Source: an uncultured Faecalibacterium sp. (GTDB lineage Bacteria > Bacillota > Clostridia > Christensenellales > CAG-917). Taken from it: a DNA stretch of 64,000 bases. Below, piece after piece: positions 9,881-18,290 of this stretch; positions within the stretch are counted from its first letter, which is position 1; each line of letters starts with the position of its first letter. The stretch covers positions 8,257-72,256 of the forward strand of contig CAZBVO010000006.1 in the NCBI GenBank assembly GCA_964495385.1, read 5' to 3'. Under the pieces are notes generated by a model. That model was not told the DNA's origin, made no database searches, and was given only the letters and a program-made list of their open reading frames with translations. The translations under genes were made by a program, and so were the position numbers.

Positions 9881-11080
9881 ATGAAATCTTTAACCGAGCT
9901 TTACAGAATAGGAAGGGGACCGTCGTCCAGCCATACGATGGGGCCCGAAAAAGCGGCCGAATTTTTCAAGTCCGCTCATCCCGAGGCCGATTCGTTTAAA
10001 GTCGTACTTTACGGAAGCCTTGCCTTAACGGGCGAAGGTCACGGCACCGATCGCATTTTGACCGAGACGTTGGAACTTCCTGCCCAAATAATTTTCGACA
10101 AAACCACCTCGGACATCCCGCATCCCAACACCTTTGACATCTATGCCTTAAAGGACGGGAAGGAGACGGGACATTCGAGAGTTATGAGCGTTGGGGGCGG
10201 TGCGATAAAAATAGAGGGCGAACCCGACGTCGAACCTGCCGACGTGTATCCGCTTTCGACTTTTGACGACATCAAGGCATACTTGACGGAGCATGATATG
10301 CGCATACCCGAATATGTTTTAAAAACCGAAGGCGAGCACATATGGGCATACCTCGAGAAGGTTTGGGAACGCATGAAAAAGACGGTCAAAGAAGGCCTTG
10401 CCGCCGACGGGATTTTGCCGGGAGGCTTGGGCATTCAGCGCAAGGCAAAATTTCTTTACAGCCAACGCCACATCGACGAAAGTCCCGAAACCCGTGAAAA
10501 CAGGCTGGTTGCAAGCTATGCTTTTGCCGTCAGCGAACAGAACGCTTCGGGCGGAACCATAGTTACCGCACCTACCTGCGGCGCAAGCGGTGTTTTGCCG
10601 GCGGTGCTGGTTTATATGCAAAAAAAGCACGGTTTTTCCGACGAAAAAATGCTGAGGGCTTTGGCCACTGCCGGGCTTATCGGCAATCTTATAAAAACCA
10701 ACGCTTCCATTTCCGGCGCGGAGTGCGGCTGTCAGGCCGAAGTCGGAAGTGCCTGCAGTATGGCTGCCGCAGGGCTTGCCGAACTGTTCGATATGGACGT
10801 CGAGCAAATCGAATATGCCGCCGAGGTTGCCATGGAGCATCATTTGGGGCTTACCTGTGATCCCGTGTGCGGATTGGTGCAAGTGCCTTGCATCGAACGT
10901 AACGCCGTGGCCGCAATGCGAGCAATAAATGCGTTGTCGCTGGCAAACTTTTTGACCTACACCCGAAAAATCAGTTTTGACCTTATCATCAAAACTATGT
11001 ACGAAACGGGCAGGGACCTCAATTCGGTTTATCGCGAAACAAGCGAGGGTGGCCTTGCAAAGCTTTATCACAAAAACTAA
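9881..11080 (+). CDS. sdaA: L-serine ammonia-lyase (iron-sulfur dependent, single chain)
   Basis: YRIGRGPSSSHTMGP N-terminus and the C-terminal Cys-containing SGAECGCQAEVGSACSMAAAG. ATG 9881 follows a GAGG RBS; the track's 9809 start is rejected. Confidence 0.9.
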   Translation: MKSLTELYRIGRGPSSSHTMGPEKAAEFFKSAHPEADSFKVVLYGSLALTGEGHGTDRILTETLELPAQIIFDKTTSDIPHPNTFDIYALKDGKETGHSRVMSVGGGAIKIEGEPDVEPADVYPLSTFDDIKAYLTEHDMRIPEYVLKTEGEHIWAYLEKVWERMKKTVKEGLAADGILPGGLGIQRKAKFLYSQRHIDESPETRENRLVASYAFAVSEQNASGGTIVTAPTCGASGVLPAVLVYMQKKHGFSDEKMLRALATAGLIGNLIKTNASISGAECGCQAEVGSACSMAAAGLAELFDMDVEQIEYAAEVAMEHHLGLTCDPVCGLVQVPCIERNAVAAMRAINALSLANFLTYTRKISFDLIIKTMYETGRDLNSVYRETSEGGLAKLYHKN

Positions 11081-11090
11081 AACCAATCAC

Positions 11091-11117
11091 AAAACCCGAC
11101 CGCACGGTCGGGTTTTT
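11091..11117. terminator. bidirectional terminator between sdaA and the convergent membrane-protein gene
   Basis: cccgacc/ggtcggg stem flanked by AAAA and TTTTT. Confidence 0.6.
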
Positions 11118-11157
11118 GCTTAATTGGTGTTTTTTGTGCTGATTTTGCCGCGTTAAA

Positions 11158-11733
11158 CTACTTTTTCGGCTTTTCGGCCTTTTTTGGTTTTGCTTCCGCA
11201 AGAGCTTTTTTGTCGGCTTCGTTTGCGGCTTTTAGTTGTTCCTTTTGGTTTTTCTCGGCAAGCTTTTGCTTGTTTTTGTCGTGTTTGTTTTTGGCTTTTG
11301 CAAACTTTTTGACTGCTTTTACGATTTTGTGAATCGCAAAAATCAACGAAATGCCTGCGATGATAAGTTCAAAAACAGCCTTAAATCCTTCGGTTTTATA
11401 GCCCTCGAGAGCGATGAGAAGTGCTGTTGCAACGTTGGCAAGGTTCATCAAAAGTTTGACTATTTTGACCAGTTTTTTCGATTGGTTGGCAACGTATTTG
11501 TATTCGCCGGTTTCTTCTTTGAGTTTGTTTTTGTCCTTAAGGTTTATGAGAATGACGATTGCGAACATGATCACGTAAACAACCAAGGCCACAATGATAA
11601 ACGGCCGTAGTGCGGTTGCTTCGTCGGCGGTTTTCATAAACGATTTTACCGTGCCCGAAATAAACAGCAACAGCATTATAACGTTGAAAATCAATGACAG
11701 GTCAAGGTGTTTCTTTTGTTTTTTTTCTTTCAT
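11158..11733 (-). CDS. hypothetical membrane protein with long Lys/Ala/Glu-rich tail
   Basis: ATG 11733 is preceded by GGAGG. About four hydrophobic helices, then KAVKKFAKAKNKHDKNKQKLAEKNQKEQLKAANEADKKALAEAKPKKAEKPKK. Confidence 0.6.
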   Translation of the reverse strand: MKEKKQKKHLDLSLIFNVIMLLLFISGTVKSFMKTADEATALRPFIIVALVVYVIMFAIVILINLKDKNKLKEETGEYKYVANQSKKLVKIVKLLMNLANVATALLIALEGYKTEGFKAVFELIIAGISLIFAIHKIVKAVKKFAKAKNKHDKNKQKLAEKNQKEQLKAANEADKKALAEAKPKKAEKPKK

Positions 11734-11891
11734 ACGATGCCTCCGATGTTTTGTGTTTTTATTGTAACAAACGACACAAAAAAAATCCACCGATTTTTAT
11801 AAAAAACACGGCAAAACGGCTAAATTATCTTTTATGGGTGCTTTATCGGCAAATAAAAGCGTAAAACGCAGCAAAAAAAATCAAAAAGTGG

Positions 11892-11921
11892 TTGAAATAA
11901 TTTAGTAAACTATGTTATAAT
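11892..11921 (+). promoter_or_regulatory. putative sigma-A promoter of the enoate-reductase/AcnX operon
   Basis: TTGAAA, 18-nt spacer ending in TGT, TATAAT. Confidence 0.55.
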
Positions 11922-11964
11922 TTCATATAGCAAATAAAACGCCCGACACGGGGGAGGATACAAT

Positions 11965-14229
11965 ATGAAAACAAACTATGAAGACAAATTGAAACAACTT
12001 TCCGCCGATTATGCCGATTGGTGGAAAAAGGGCTTCGAAAAACCTCGCATGACTAAGGACCTTTATCCTTACGACACGATGTTCAGCCCTATCAGAGTTA
12101 ATGCGCTTACGCTCAAAAACCGTCTCGTTATGGCACCTATGGGCAACATTTCCATGTGCGACGAAACGGGCAGACCGAATGCCAAAATGCTTAAGTATTT
12201 TGAAGAAAGAGCAAAGGGCGGCACGGGCCTTCTCACTTCCGGCCTTATCCCTGTTTCTTTCGGCATCGACAAATCGCTTATCGAGCTTGGCGACCTCAGC
12301 TATTTCCCTCGCATTGACAGAAGCAGAACCGTTTTTGCCGCTTGGAGAGATCTTGCCGGCATGACTCACGCACACGGCGCACACTTCTTTATTCAGCTTA
12401 CTCCGGGCCTCGGCCGCGTCGGCAATCCGCAATGCTTGACCAACCAAATGAAATTGCCGAGAAGCGCAAGCTTCAACCCTAACTGGTACATGAAGGACGT
12501 TCCGTGCCTTCGTTTGTCCGACCGCAGCCTCAAAAAGATAATCAAAAACGTAGGTCAGGGCGCAGCGGACGCAAAAGCTTGCAACATCGACGGTGTCTAT
12601 CTGCACGGCCACGAAGGTTATTTGCTCGAACAGGTTACCAACCCTGCTTTCAACCGCAGAGTTTTGGGCCGTTACAGCAACTACGAGCAATTCGGCATCG
12701 ACATGATCAAGGAAATCCGTCGCCGCGTAGGGCCTCGCTTCCCGATTATGTACCGCATCGACCTCAGCCTTGCTCTGAACGCTACCTACAAAGACAGAAT
12801 GAACACAACCAACCCGCTCAAGAAGTTCAAAAACGAACGTACCTGCGAGCAGACGTTGGAATATATGAAGCACCTTGTCGAAGCAGGCGTCGATATGTTT
12901 GACGTCGACCTCGGTTGCTATGACAACTGGTGGTTGCCGCATCCGCCTTCCAGCATGCCTTCCGGATGCTTCTTGGATATCGCCGAAATCGCTAAGAACT
13001 ACTTTGCCGAAAACAATATCAAAGCAAACAGCGGACTTCCTGTTCCTGTAGTTGCCGTAGGCAAACTCGGCTATCCTGACCTTGCCGAAAAAGCTTTGAG
13101 AGACGGCAAATGCGATATGATTATGCTTGGAAGACCTCTTCTCGCCGATCCTGATTGGCCGCAAAAGGCTTACGAAGGCAGAGTGGAAGACATCAGACCT
13201 TGCATCGGTTGCCAAGAAGGCTGCCTCAACGAATTCGTCGAAGGCGGACACCCTCAGTGTGCCGTTTGCCCGCGCACGGCATTCGAAGAAGAATACAGCC
13301 GTGAAATCCCTGTCAGCGAAGTGGTTAAGAAAGTTGCCGTCATCGGCGGCGGCCCTGCAGGCATCGTTGCCGCAGATACCCTTGTTAAACGCGGACACAT
13401 CGTTGATTTGTACGAAAAAGGCGAACTCGGCGGAAACCTCATTCCTGCTTCCAAGGCCGAAATCAAATACGAAGTTAAGAACTATCTCGACTACCTTAAA
13501 CACGTCGTTGACGTTTTGGACAGAGAAGATACCTTCACCCTCGTTAAAGAAGAAGCAACCGTCGAAGGTTTGAAAGCAAAGGGCTACGACGTAATCGTAA
13601 CCGCAACCGGCAGCAAGCAAATGCGTCCGCCTGTTGAAGGTATCAACGGCGACAACGTTGTTTCGGCAGTTGACGTTTTGGTTAAACCGGAACTCGTTAA
13701 GGACGCTCAGAAAGTCGTTGTCATCGGCGGCGGCGTTGTAGGTGCCGAAACGGCTTACATGCTTCGTTGGGAACTCGATAAGGACGTAAAAGTCGTCGAA
13801 ATGGACAAATATATCATGAACCATGCTTGCACCGCAAACCGTGGTCACATCATTCACTACCTCGAGGAAGGCGGCGTGGAACTTTTGAACTGCACCAGAC
13901 TTCTGAAGGTTGAATCCGACGGCGTTTTGGTCAGCCAGAACACCCACAAAAACGTTCCGGACCCGTATCTTACCTGGAGCCCTATCCTTCCTGAAAACGT
14001 CGAGAATCCTTTGGATGCTCTCCGTCCTTTGAAGAACGTTCCGGTTGAAAGAAAGATTCCTGCCGACATCGTTGTCGTGGCTGCAGGCGTTAAGAGCCTT
14101 AACGAGCTTTACTTCGAGTGCGTTAAAGAACATGCCGCAACCGAGATTTACAACATCGGCGACAGTCTGAAAGGCGCAAGAGTATTCGAGGCGGTTCGCG
14201 CTTCCTACCGTAAGTGCCGCAACATTTAA
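11965..14229 (+). CDS. Old-Yellow-Enzyme/2-enoate-reductase-family flavoprotein (FMN TIM barrel + Fe-S + FAD/NAD(P) domain)
   Basis: 754 aa. LKNRLVMAPMGN and HGHEGYLLEQ OYE motifs, CIGCQEGC-x11-C cluster motif, and two GxGxxG folds (VAVIGGGPAGI, VVVIGGGVVGAE). GGGGGAGGA RBS. Confidence 0.88.
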   Translation: MKTNYEDKLKQLSADYADWWKKGFEKPRMTKDLYPYDTMFSPIRVNALTLKNRLVMAPMGNISMCDETGRPNAKMLKYFEERAKGGTGLLTSGLIPVSFGIDKSLIELGDLSYFPRIDRSRTVFAAWRDLAGMTHAHGAHFFIQLTPGLGRVGNPQCLTNQMKLPRSASFNPNWYMKDVPCLRLSDRSLKKIIKNVGQGAADAKACNIDGVYLHGHEGYLLEQVTNPAFNRRVLGRYSNYEQFGIDMIKEIRRRVGPRFPIMYRIDLSLALNATYKDRMNTTNPLKKFKNERTCEQTLEYMKHLVEAGVDMFDVDLGCYDNWWLPHPPSSMPSGCFLDIAEIAKNYFAENNIKANSGLPVPVVAVGKLGYPDLAEKALRDGKCDMIMLGRPLLADPDWPQKAYEGRVEDIRPCIGCQEGCLNEFVEGGHPQCAVCPRTAFEEEYSREIPVSEVVKKVAVIGGGPAGIVAADTLVKRGHIVDLYEKGELGGNLIPASKAEIKYEVKNYLDYLKHVVDVLDREDTFTLVKEEATVEGLKAKGYDVIVTATGSKQMRPPVEGINGDNVVSAVDVLVKPELVKDAQKVVVIGGGVVGAETAYMLRWELDKDVKVVEMDKYIMNHACTANRGHIIHYLEEGGVELLNCTRLLKVESDGVLVSQNTHKNVPDPYLTWSPILPENVENPLDALRPLKNVPVERKIPADIVVVAAGVKSLNELYFECVKEHAATEIYNIGDSLKGARVFEAVRASYRKCRNI

Positions 14230-14240
14230 CGAGGTGAAAT

Positions 14241-15536
14241 ATGGAATTTAAGATGCATCTTACAGATGAACAACTTGCCATTTTGAACGGCTCGAAGGGC
14301 GAAGAAATGGCAAAGGTTATGAAAACGTTGGTTCAGTACGGCGAAACCTACGGCGCAGACAAGATGATTCCTGTCACCAGTGAATACGGTCACCTTGTTA
14401 CCAGTTTCGGCATCGGCGTTATGAAACCTGTTTTCGATTTGATGGACAAACTTATCGACTCCGGTTGCATCTCGGGCCAAAAATTCAGCGTTGACCCGAG
14501 GCCGCTGGACTATAAAAACGTAAAAGTTAATCCGCTTCAAAAACTTATTTTCAACAAAATTATGTATTCCGCCCAAACCCGTTACGAAGGGCAGCTTGAA
14601 AAAATGGGCTTGCTCAGCCCGGACGCTTTCACTTGCGCCTGCTACTTCGACGAAATCGGCAATACGCCTAAAAAAGGCGACGTGCTGAGCTGGGCCGAAT
14701 CGTCCGCCGTCGTGTACGCAAACAGCGTACTCGGCGCAAGATGCAACCGAAACAGCGGTATAATCGAGCTGTTCGGTTCAATCGCGGGTTACGTGCCTGA
14801 TTTCGGTTTCACCACCGACGAAGGCCGAAAAGCAACTTGGGTTGTCGAAATCAAAACCACCAAAAAACCTGTTGCACAGCTTTTGGGCAGCGCAATCGGC
14901 ATGAAGGTTATGGAAGAAGTTCCGTACGTCATCGGCCTTGACAAATGGCTTGGCAACGAACTTAACGACGAAGTTAAAGATTACCTTAAGGACTTCGGCG
15001 CAGCCACCGCATCTAACGGCGCAGTCGGTTTGTATCACATCGACGGCCTCACTCCGGAAGCGGTAGAACAGGGCAGAAACCTTGTTAAAGAGGGCGCAAA
15101 AGTTTACGTTATCGACGATGCCGAACTTCAAAGGGTGTACGACAACTATCCTGTCATCTGGAAGAACAAGGACGCAAAACCTACCTTGGCTTTCATCGGA
15201 TGCCCGCATTTGTCGCTCAGTCAAATCAAGGATTGGACGCACGTTCTGGAGGCCGAACTTAAGGCAGCCGGCAACGACAAGGTTCAAATCCGCACGGTCA
15301 TGACTTGCCCTCCTGCGGTTGAAGCGAAGTTCAAAGAGTCGGCCGAGTACGCTAAACTTATCGCCATGGGCGTTAAGGTCAGCAACATCTGCCCGCTTAT
15401 GTATATGAACAATCCGCTTTGCGCAAGCAAGCCTGTTATAACTTGCAGCAACAAACTCAGAACCTACACCACCGCTCGTTACTACAACCCTGAAGAGTTG
15501 GCAAAATACGTCGCTACAGGCAAGGAGGTAAGATAG
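14241..15536 (+). CDS. aconitase X catalytic subunit (DUF521)
   Basis: 431 aa, MHLTDEQLAILNGSKGEEMAKVMKTLVQYGETYGADKMIPV...FIGCPHLS, typical of the DUF521/AcnX large subunit. GAGGTG RBS, 12 nt after the upstream stop. Confidence 0.85.
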   Translation: MEFKMHLTDEQLAILNGSKGEEMAKVMKTLVQYGETYGADKMIPVTSEYGHLVTSFGIGVMKPVFDLMDKLIDSGCISGQKFSVDPRPLDYKNVKVNPLQKLIFNKIMYSAQTRYEGQLEKMGLLSPDAFTCACYFDEIGNTPKKGDVLSWAESSAVVYANSVLGARCNRNSGIIELFGSIAGYVPDFGFTTDEGRKATWVVEIKTTKKPVAQLLGSAIGMKVMEEVPYVIGLDKWLGNELNDEVKDYLKDFGAATASNGAVGLYHIDGLTPEAVEQGRNLVKEGAKVYVIDDAELQRVYDNYPVIWKNKDAKPTLAFIGCPHLSLSQIKDWTHVLEAELKAAGNDKVQIRTVMTCPPAVEAKFKESAEYAKLIAMGVKVSNICPLMYMNNPLCASKPVITCSNKLRTYTTARYYNPEELAKYVATGKEVR

Positions 15537-15537
15537 T

Positions 15538-15978
15538 ATGAAATCGTTTAAAGGAAGAGTCGTAACTCCGGGAACCGTTAAGGCGGAAGCATTGGTTTCG
15601 CACGGCGGATTCAACACCCTTGCAAGTTATCAAAAAGCACTTATGTTCGGCGACAAAGAAGCAAAATGCAACGACCAGAACAATGCGGATCTTTACGGAA
15701 AAGCTATGTTCGGAAAGGCTTTGTGCTTGCCGCAAACGATCGGTTCCACCACCGGCGGTATGGTTTTGTTCTGCGCCGTTCAGATGGGCAGAGGTCCTGC
15801 TTGCATGCTGTTCAGCAAGGAAATCGACAGTCTTGCCGCGGCAGGCGCCATTTTGGCCGACAACTGGGCAGACGCAAAAATGCCTACCATCGACAAGCTT
15901 GGCGACGAGTTTTTGGAGGCAGTCAAAACAGGTGACGTCATCGAAGTTTTGGAAGACGGTACCGTAAACGTTTATTAA
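15538..15978 (+). CDS. aconitase X swivel-domain subunit (DUF126)
   Basis: 146 aa, GRVVTPGTVKAEALVS...LPQTIGSTTGGMVL, the DUF126 pattern. ATG lies 1 nt after the large-subunit stop. Confidence 0.85.
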   Translation: MKSFKGRVVTPGTVKAEALVSHGGFNTLASYQKALMFGDKEAKCNDQNNADLYGKAMFGKALCLPQTIGSTTGGMVLFCAVQMGRGPACMLFSKEIDSLAAAGAILADNWADAKMPTIDKLGDEFLEAVKTGDVIEVLEDGTVNVY

Positions 15979-15996
15979 AAACAAACACGCTTTAAG

Positions 15997-16026
15997 CAAA
16001 CGAACCCGTTTGGGTTCGTTTGTTTT
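15997..16026 (+). terminator. intrinsic terminator closing the enoate-reductase/AcnX operon
   Basis: caaacgaaccc/gggttcgtttg stem, gttt loop, TTTT. Confidence 0.7.
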
Positions 16027-16074
16027 AGTTTAAGGCAAAATCGGCGACGGGGAAGCGGTATTTTCGGCAATGAT

Positions 16075-16103
16075 TTGACATATTGTTTCGAATAAAGTAT
16101 AAT
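16075..16103 (+). promoter_or_regulatory. putative sigma-A promoter of the FGGY kinase gene
   Basis: Perfect TTGACA, 17-nt spacer, TATAAT. Confidence 0.65.
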
Positions 16104-16148
16104 AAATGTATTCTATATTCGCGCAAACGTGCGCGAGGCGGAGGAATA

Positions 16149-17780
16149 ATGGATAAAAAACCGTACGTTATAGCCTATGATTTCGGCACGCAAAGCATCC
16201 GCGCGCTGATTTTCGACAACAAAGGAAACACTATAGGCAAGGTTAAAAATAATTTTAAACCGGCTTATTACAGCCGTCAGCCGGGCTGGGCTGAGCAGGA
16301 TGCCGAATTTTATTGGCAAAAACTTTGCGAGGCTTCTTTAAAATTAAAGGATGAAGTCGGCGAGGAAATTTGGAGCGGTATCGGTGCCGCATCCGTCACC
16401 ACTTTCCGTGATTCGGCCGTATGTTGGGACAAGGACAACAACGTCATCCGTCCTATCGTTTTGTATTTGGACAGCCGCCGTTGTCATCACGCCGAGGAAG
16501 GCATTCCGTTTTTGACTAAAGTCATATACAGAATTGTAGGTATGTACAACACCGCAGTTATGCAACGCGAAGCGACAATTTGCAATTGGATGAAACAAGA
16601 CGAGCCTGAAACGTGGGCAAAAACGGCAAAATATACGCAGTTCAGCGCCTACATAAATTACCGCTTTTTGGGCAAACTTTGCGACAGCACGGCATCGATG
16701 GTCGGGCATTTTCCGTTTGATTACAAGAAAAAAACTTGGCAAAAAAAGCATGCTTTGACTCGTTGTTTGTTCGATTGCACAGACGAGCAGATGGTCGATT
16801 TGTATCCGCCGTGCAGCGAGATGGGCAAAATAACCGCCCAAGCCGCCAAAGACACCGGGCTTCCGGAGGGGTTGCCGTTTATCGCCGCAGGAAGCGACAA
16901 AGGTTGCGAAACTCTCGGCACGGGCTGCGTTGGCCACGACGTTGCAAGCGTCAGCCTCGGGACGGCCGCATCCGTTCAGTTGACAACGGACAAACACGTA
17001 AGCCCAAGCGCGTTTATGCCGGCATATCCGTCGGTTTATGCGGACAAATTTAACCCTGAAACCATAGTTTTTAGAGGTTACTGGATGGTAACCTGGTTCA
17101 AAAACGAGTTTGCGACAAAGGAAGTCGAGGAGGCAACACGACTGGGAATTTCTCCGGAGGAATTGCTTGACAAGCGTCTGTCGGAAGTTCCTGTCGGCAG
17201 TCAGGGGCTTATTCTTCAACCGTATTGGTCGCCGGGCGTGAAAACTCCGGAAGCAAAAGGTTGCATCCTCGGGTTCAGCGACGTACACAGCCGCATCCAC
17301 CTTTATAGGGCCATCATCGAAGGCATCGGTTTCGCTCTTTACGACGGCTTGCGCAGGATGGAAAAACGTGCAGGTTACAAAATCAAACGCCTCACCGTTT
17401 CGGGCGGCGGAGCAAACAGCGATGCTATTTGTCAAATCACGGCAGACATTTCCGGCATGAAGGTGCAAAAAATTCAGACTTACGAAACAAGTGCGCTGGG
17501 TTGCGCCATGGCGGCGTTTGTCGGGATGGGCGAGTTTGACAATTTGGAAGATGCCGTGCACGCAATGTCGCACGTCACTAAAGAATACGCGCCAAACAGA
17601 GAAAATCACCGCATTTACCAGCAACTTTTTGACAGAGTATACAAAAAAATATACAAGGCAAACAAAAAGTTCTACACCGAAATTCGTGACGTTTTGGGCG
17701 AATCGGCGCTGTCTGAATTTACTCAATCGGGCACTTCGGCCGACGGCAAAGTCGATTCGATCGATTTTTTGAAATTTTAA
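16149..17780 (+). CDS. FGGY-family carbohydrate kinase (substrate unknown)
   Basis: YVIAYDFGTQSIRALIFD N-terminal phosphate-1 motif and C-terminal LTVSGGGANSDAICQITADI. ATG 16149 follows GGCGGAGGA. It has its own consensus promoter. Confidence 0.88.
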   Translation: MDKKPYVIAYDFGTQSIRALIFDNKGNTIGKVKNNFKPAYYSRQPGWAEQDAEFYWQKLCEASLKLKDEVGEEIWSGIGAASVTTFRDSAVCWDKDNNVIRPIVLYLDSRRCHHAEEGIPFLTKVIYRIVGMYNTAVMQREATICNWMKQDEPETWAKTAKYTQFSAYINYRFLGKLCDSTASMVGHFPFDYKKKTWQKKHALTRCLFDCTDEQMVDLYPPCSEMGKITAQAAKDTGLPEGLPFIAAGSDKGCETLGTGCVGHDVASVSLGTAASVQLTTDKHVSPSAFMPAYPSVYADKFNPETIVFRGYWMVTWFKNEFATKEVEEATRLGISPEELLDKRLSEVPVGSQGLILQPYWSPGVKTPEAKGCILGFSDVHSRIHLYRAIIEGIGFALYDGLRRMEKRAGYKIKRLTVSGGGANSDAICQITADISGMKVQKIQTYETSALGCAMAAFVGMGEFDNLEDAVHAMSHVTKEYAPNRENHRIYQQLFDRVYKKIYKANKKFYTEIRDVLGESALSEFTQSGTSADGKVDSIDFLKF

Positions 17781-17797
17781 AGTTTAAAACAAAAAAA

Positions 17798-17823
17798 CAG
17801 ACCGCTGCTTGCGGTCTGTTTTT
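17798..17823. terminator. bidirectional terminator (FGGY kinase / spoVG)
   Basis: cagaccgc/gcggtctg stem flanked by an A7 run and TTTTT. Confidence 0.7.
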
Positions 17824-17871
17824 GTATGGGGATCGTTTAAACAATGAAAAATTTGGCTTTTTTTTAGTTTT

Positions 17872-18144
17872 TTATTCCTGTGAGTTGGCGAGAGCTTCGG
17901 CATAGGCTGCCAAAATTTTCCCTTTAAGTTCCTCGCGGATTTCGGAATTTATCGGATGTGCAATGTCCTTAAATTCGCCGTCCGGAGTTTTGCGTGACGG
18001 CATTGCGATAAAGTCGCCGTCTGCGCCGGCGATTATTTTGATGTCATGGACGGCAAAGCAGTCATCGATTATTATGCTTGCAACCGCTTTAAGTTTCGTG
18101 TCGTCTTTTTTGATAAGTCTTATTCTGATATCGGATATTTTCAT
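17872..18144 (-). CDS. spoVG: septation/sporulation regulator SpoVG
   Basis: 90 aa, MKISDIRIRLIKKDDTKLKAVASIIIDDCFAVHDIKII...FIAMPSRKTPDGEFKDIAHPI, an unmistakable SpoVG. Confidence 0.95.
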   Translation of the reverse strand: MKISDIRIRLIKKDDTKLKAVASIIIDDCFAVHDIKIIAGADGDFIAMPSRKTPDGEFKDIAHPINSEIREELKGKILAAYAEALANSQE

Positions 18145-18290
18145 AAATGACTCCTTTCTGTTTTTAACATCTACATTTTAGCACCTAAAAATACGCATTG
18201 CATTAAAATATTCTTAAATTTCCGACAAATTTGCCCGTTGTGTATACAATTTGCCCGAACATTTTTTAAATTAAAAAATATATTGAATGT

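Noticed and set aside
11923-14133. A 736-aa uninterrupted ORF antisense to the enoate-reductase gene, the longest non-annotated ORF in the window.
   Set aside because: It is exactly codon-aligned with the sense gene (14131 minus 11965 is divisible by 3). Its stop codons could therefore arise only from sense TTA, CTA or TCA codons, and by my reading the sense gene contains none. The sense frame has strong family motifs. The antisense product is a low-complexity F/V/R/A-rich sequence with no RBS or recognisable domain. It is a shadow ORF, not an overlapping gene.
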